DNA of 64,000 nt, taken from contig NC_057718.1 in the NCBI RefSeq assembly GCF_004010195.1, forward strand, positions 97,028,079 to 97,092,078, given 5' to 3'. The notes under the pieces are model-generated. The model saw nothing but the letters and a program-made list of their open reading frames with translations, was not told the DNA's origin and made no database searches. The position numbers were made by a program, and so were the translations under genes. How positions within the stretch are numbered: the stretch's first letter is position 1; every line of letters starts with the position of its first letter. Origin of the DNA: Chiloscyllium plagiosum (Eukaryota). This document shows, one piece after another, positions 61,570-64,000 of the stretch.

Positions 61570-61925
61570 CAGATGATATTTAGCAGGATCCTGCTGGGAA
61601 TGGGAGGTATGGCTTTTTAAAAAAAAAAGTCAGAGGCTTTTTTCACTGGAGCTGAGGAAGTTGAGGGGTGACCCGATCGAGATTTATGACATCATGAGGG
61701 GCTTAGATAATGTGAGTAGCAATGATCTTTCCCTTAGGCCAGGGGAATTCAAAATTAGGGGGCATATTTCAAAGGTGAGAGGAGAAAGATTTTAAAAAGA
61801 CCTAAAGAGTAACATTCTTTTGCACAGAGAGTGGTTCATGTGTGGAATGACGTGCCAGAGGAAGTGGTGGATGTGGGTACAGTTACAACATTTGAAAGAC
61901 ATTTGGATCCATACACGACTGGATA
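61570..61925 (+). mobile_element. CR1 LINE 3' fragment
   Basis: gaggggtgacc...ggtgagaggagaaagatt...gaggaagtggtggatgtgggtac. Confidence 0.82.
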
Positions 61926-61961
61926 ATGTGGAAGAATTCCCAGTGCGGTTCTGAGATTGGT

Positions 61962-62217
61962 ATTAGATTCAATTCTCTAACAAGTCCACACTGCCCCTCC
62001 GAAGAGAAACCCACCCAAACCCATTTCTTTACCCCTGACTAACACGCATGGCCTATTCACCTAAGCTCCACATCTTTGGACTGTGGGAGGAGCACCCGGA
62101 GGAAACCCATGCAGACACCGGGAGAATGTGCAAGCTCCTCACAGACAGGCAGGAATCGAACCCAGGACCCTGGCACTGTGAGGCAGCCGTGCTAACCACT
62201 GAGCTACCGTGCCACCC
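61962..62217 (-). mobile_element. HE1-like SINE
   Basis: Reverse complement of the head and core. Confidence 0.85.
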
Positions 62218-62297
62218 ATTAAGCCACCGAGCCGCCCATTGAAGTGTGTCAGTGCAGTAAAATTAGAGAGAGCTTTGCTCTGGTTCAGGGGAAGTCA

Positions 62298-62635
62298 TGG
62301 CCTTGTGGAGTCATCGCTAGATTATTAATCCAGAGAGCCAGGTAATATTCTGGGGACTTGGGTTCGAATTTGACCCTGGCGGATGGTGAAATTTCAATGA
62401 AATAAAAGTCTGGAATAAAGAGTCAAATGATGACCATGAAATTATTGGAAAAACCCATTGGGTTCACTCACGTCCTTTATGGAAGGAAATTGCTATCCTT
62501 ACCTGGTCTGGCCTACATGTAACTCCAGGCCCACAGCAATGTGGTTGACTCTCTACTGCCCCCTGGGTAATTAGGGATGGGCAATAAATGCTGACCCAGC
62601 CAGTGATGCTCATATCCCACGAACGAATAAAACAA
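62298..62635 (+). mobile_element. tRNA-derived SINE family B (tail shared with a CR1/L2-superfamily LINE)
   Basis: B-box-like GGTTCGAAT (~62361); tail gggcaataaatgctg...atcccacgaacgaataaaa matches the LINE ends at 4250, 23905 and 38283. Confidence 0.8.
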
Positions 62636-63062
62636 AATCTGGTATACTGTGTAAGCAATTTGGCTTCATTTGATCTTGACAATGAATATGAAGAATTTTC
62701 CAACACTGGCCTTCCTCGGTTTAAAGGGAATATTACAAGTGGCAATATCATGTTTCCAGATTTGGAAACAACTTGCCATTGTCTTCAGTAAAAGAATAGG
62801 AACACGTGAGGTATTTCTGTCAATCCACAAATTACGTCACTGGCAAACAGTGTTACTCTAAAATCTATTGTACCTTCTGTGCTGTTGCTGCATTTGAATG
62901 ATTGTTGCCATGGTATTAATTAGTATACAGTGTAATTGCTCTTGGTGTTTATTATCTGCCCTATATAATAGCAGTTAATCAGCTGTAAACATGATTATGG
63001 TTTTAATCCAAATCACAGTAACCAGGTTAGATGCCCAGAGAGGACAGTTCCTGTTTTCGTAA

Positions 63063-63225
63063 CAATCCAAAGATGTACAGGTCGGGTGAATTGGCCATGC
63101 TAAATTGCACATAATGTTAGGGGAATTAGTCTGGCGCAAATATAGGGTATGGGTGGGTTACTGTTCGGAGGGGCAGTGTGGGCTTATTGGGCCGAGACCT
63201 GTTTCCGTACTGTAGAGCATCTAAG
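63063..63225 (+). mobile_element. HE1-like SINE 3' half
   Basis: tccaaagatgtacaggtcgggtgaattggccatgctaaattg. Confidence 0.8.
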
Positions 63226-63777
63226 CAGGATTATGAAGTAGCAGTTGTATTTTGTCAACCTTGGGTTCACCATTGTTTAACTGGGTGTTGGGCAGTAAAG
63301 TAAGCACTCCTGATTGTAGGGAATAGTTGTGAATCCTGGAAGTATGTGTTATCGTTCCAATTTGGTAAGAGTCACCAGACTAATGCACCAAATTACTCCA
63401 GAATATTAGTTTCCTGAGCCTGAGGTCCGTCCTTTACACCAATGTTTCTAGATTGTCCTGAAGAGTTTGTCCTCAGACAGAAATCATGGAGGAAAGGCAG
63501 TGAGTTAACTCTTCCTTCAGAGAGTTGGACAATCTCGACTGAACCAGATCATCTTCAGTTCTGACGATGCCTAAAATCATACATTCCCCCACATAAATTT
63601 GGCAAAATGAATCATGTGATCGATTCTTTCTCACTGCTAAATCTTTCCCGCTCCTGAATTCCCATTTCTGGATTTTCAAGACTGTCTTATTAAGAGAGAC
63701 TGTATTGGTCAGGACTATATTCACTGGAGTATGGAGAAAAAGACGGGAGAATCTCGGAGAAGCCTATAACGCATTTA

Positions 63778-64000
63778 TTGAATCCCTACAATGTGGAAAC
63801 AGGCCCTCCAGCCCAACAAATCCGTACTAACCCTCCGAAGAGCAATCCATCCAGACTCATTCCCCTATTTCTCCACATTTACCCTAAACTAGGACACCTA
63901 ACTTACACATCCCTGAACACTGGGCAACTTAGCATGGCCAATTCATCTAACCTGCACATCTTTGGACTGTGGGAGGAAACCGGAGCACCCGGAGGAAACC
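63778..64000 (-). mobile_element. HE1-like SINE, cut by the window edge
   Basis: Reverse complement of the tail and core. Confidence 0.85.

Noticed and set aside
62588..62791. ORF with acidic stretch FDLDNEYEEF
   Set aside because: Starts inside a SINE tail, has no clear splice sites and no recognisable homology

Overview
Repeat-dense, apparently non-coding (intronic or intergenic) vertebrate DNA. The repeat families (HE1/V-SINE-like tRNA SINEs, CR1/HER1-like LINE 3' fragments, Rex1/Babar-type LINE ends, Penelope-like elements, DeuSINE) point to a shark (inference). I found no host protein-coding gene I can support. Every recognisable ORF is a broken retroelement piece (CR1, Rex1, RTE, L1 or Penelope RT/GIY-YIG) or a translation of a tandem repeat. 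Two large GC-rich minisatellites lie at 12.6-15.4 kb (23-bp unit) and 16.5-17.4 kb (22-bp unit). The most interesting structure is a population of short Penelope terminal-repeat insertions. They carry minimal hammerhead-ribozyme (HHR) cores, often sit as inverted pairs, and several have 11-15 bp target-site duplications (TSDs). One young-looking 138-bp copy has a compensatory U3-A8 catalytic core. A second candidate system is a non-coding element family that starts with a YY1 motif, ends in a Rex1-like tail and hosts internal tandem repeats. Family names come from my recall of these repeats, not a database search, and most repeat boundaries are approximate.
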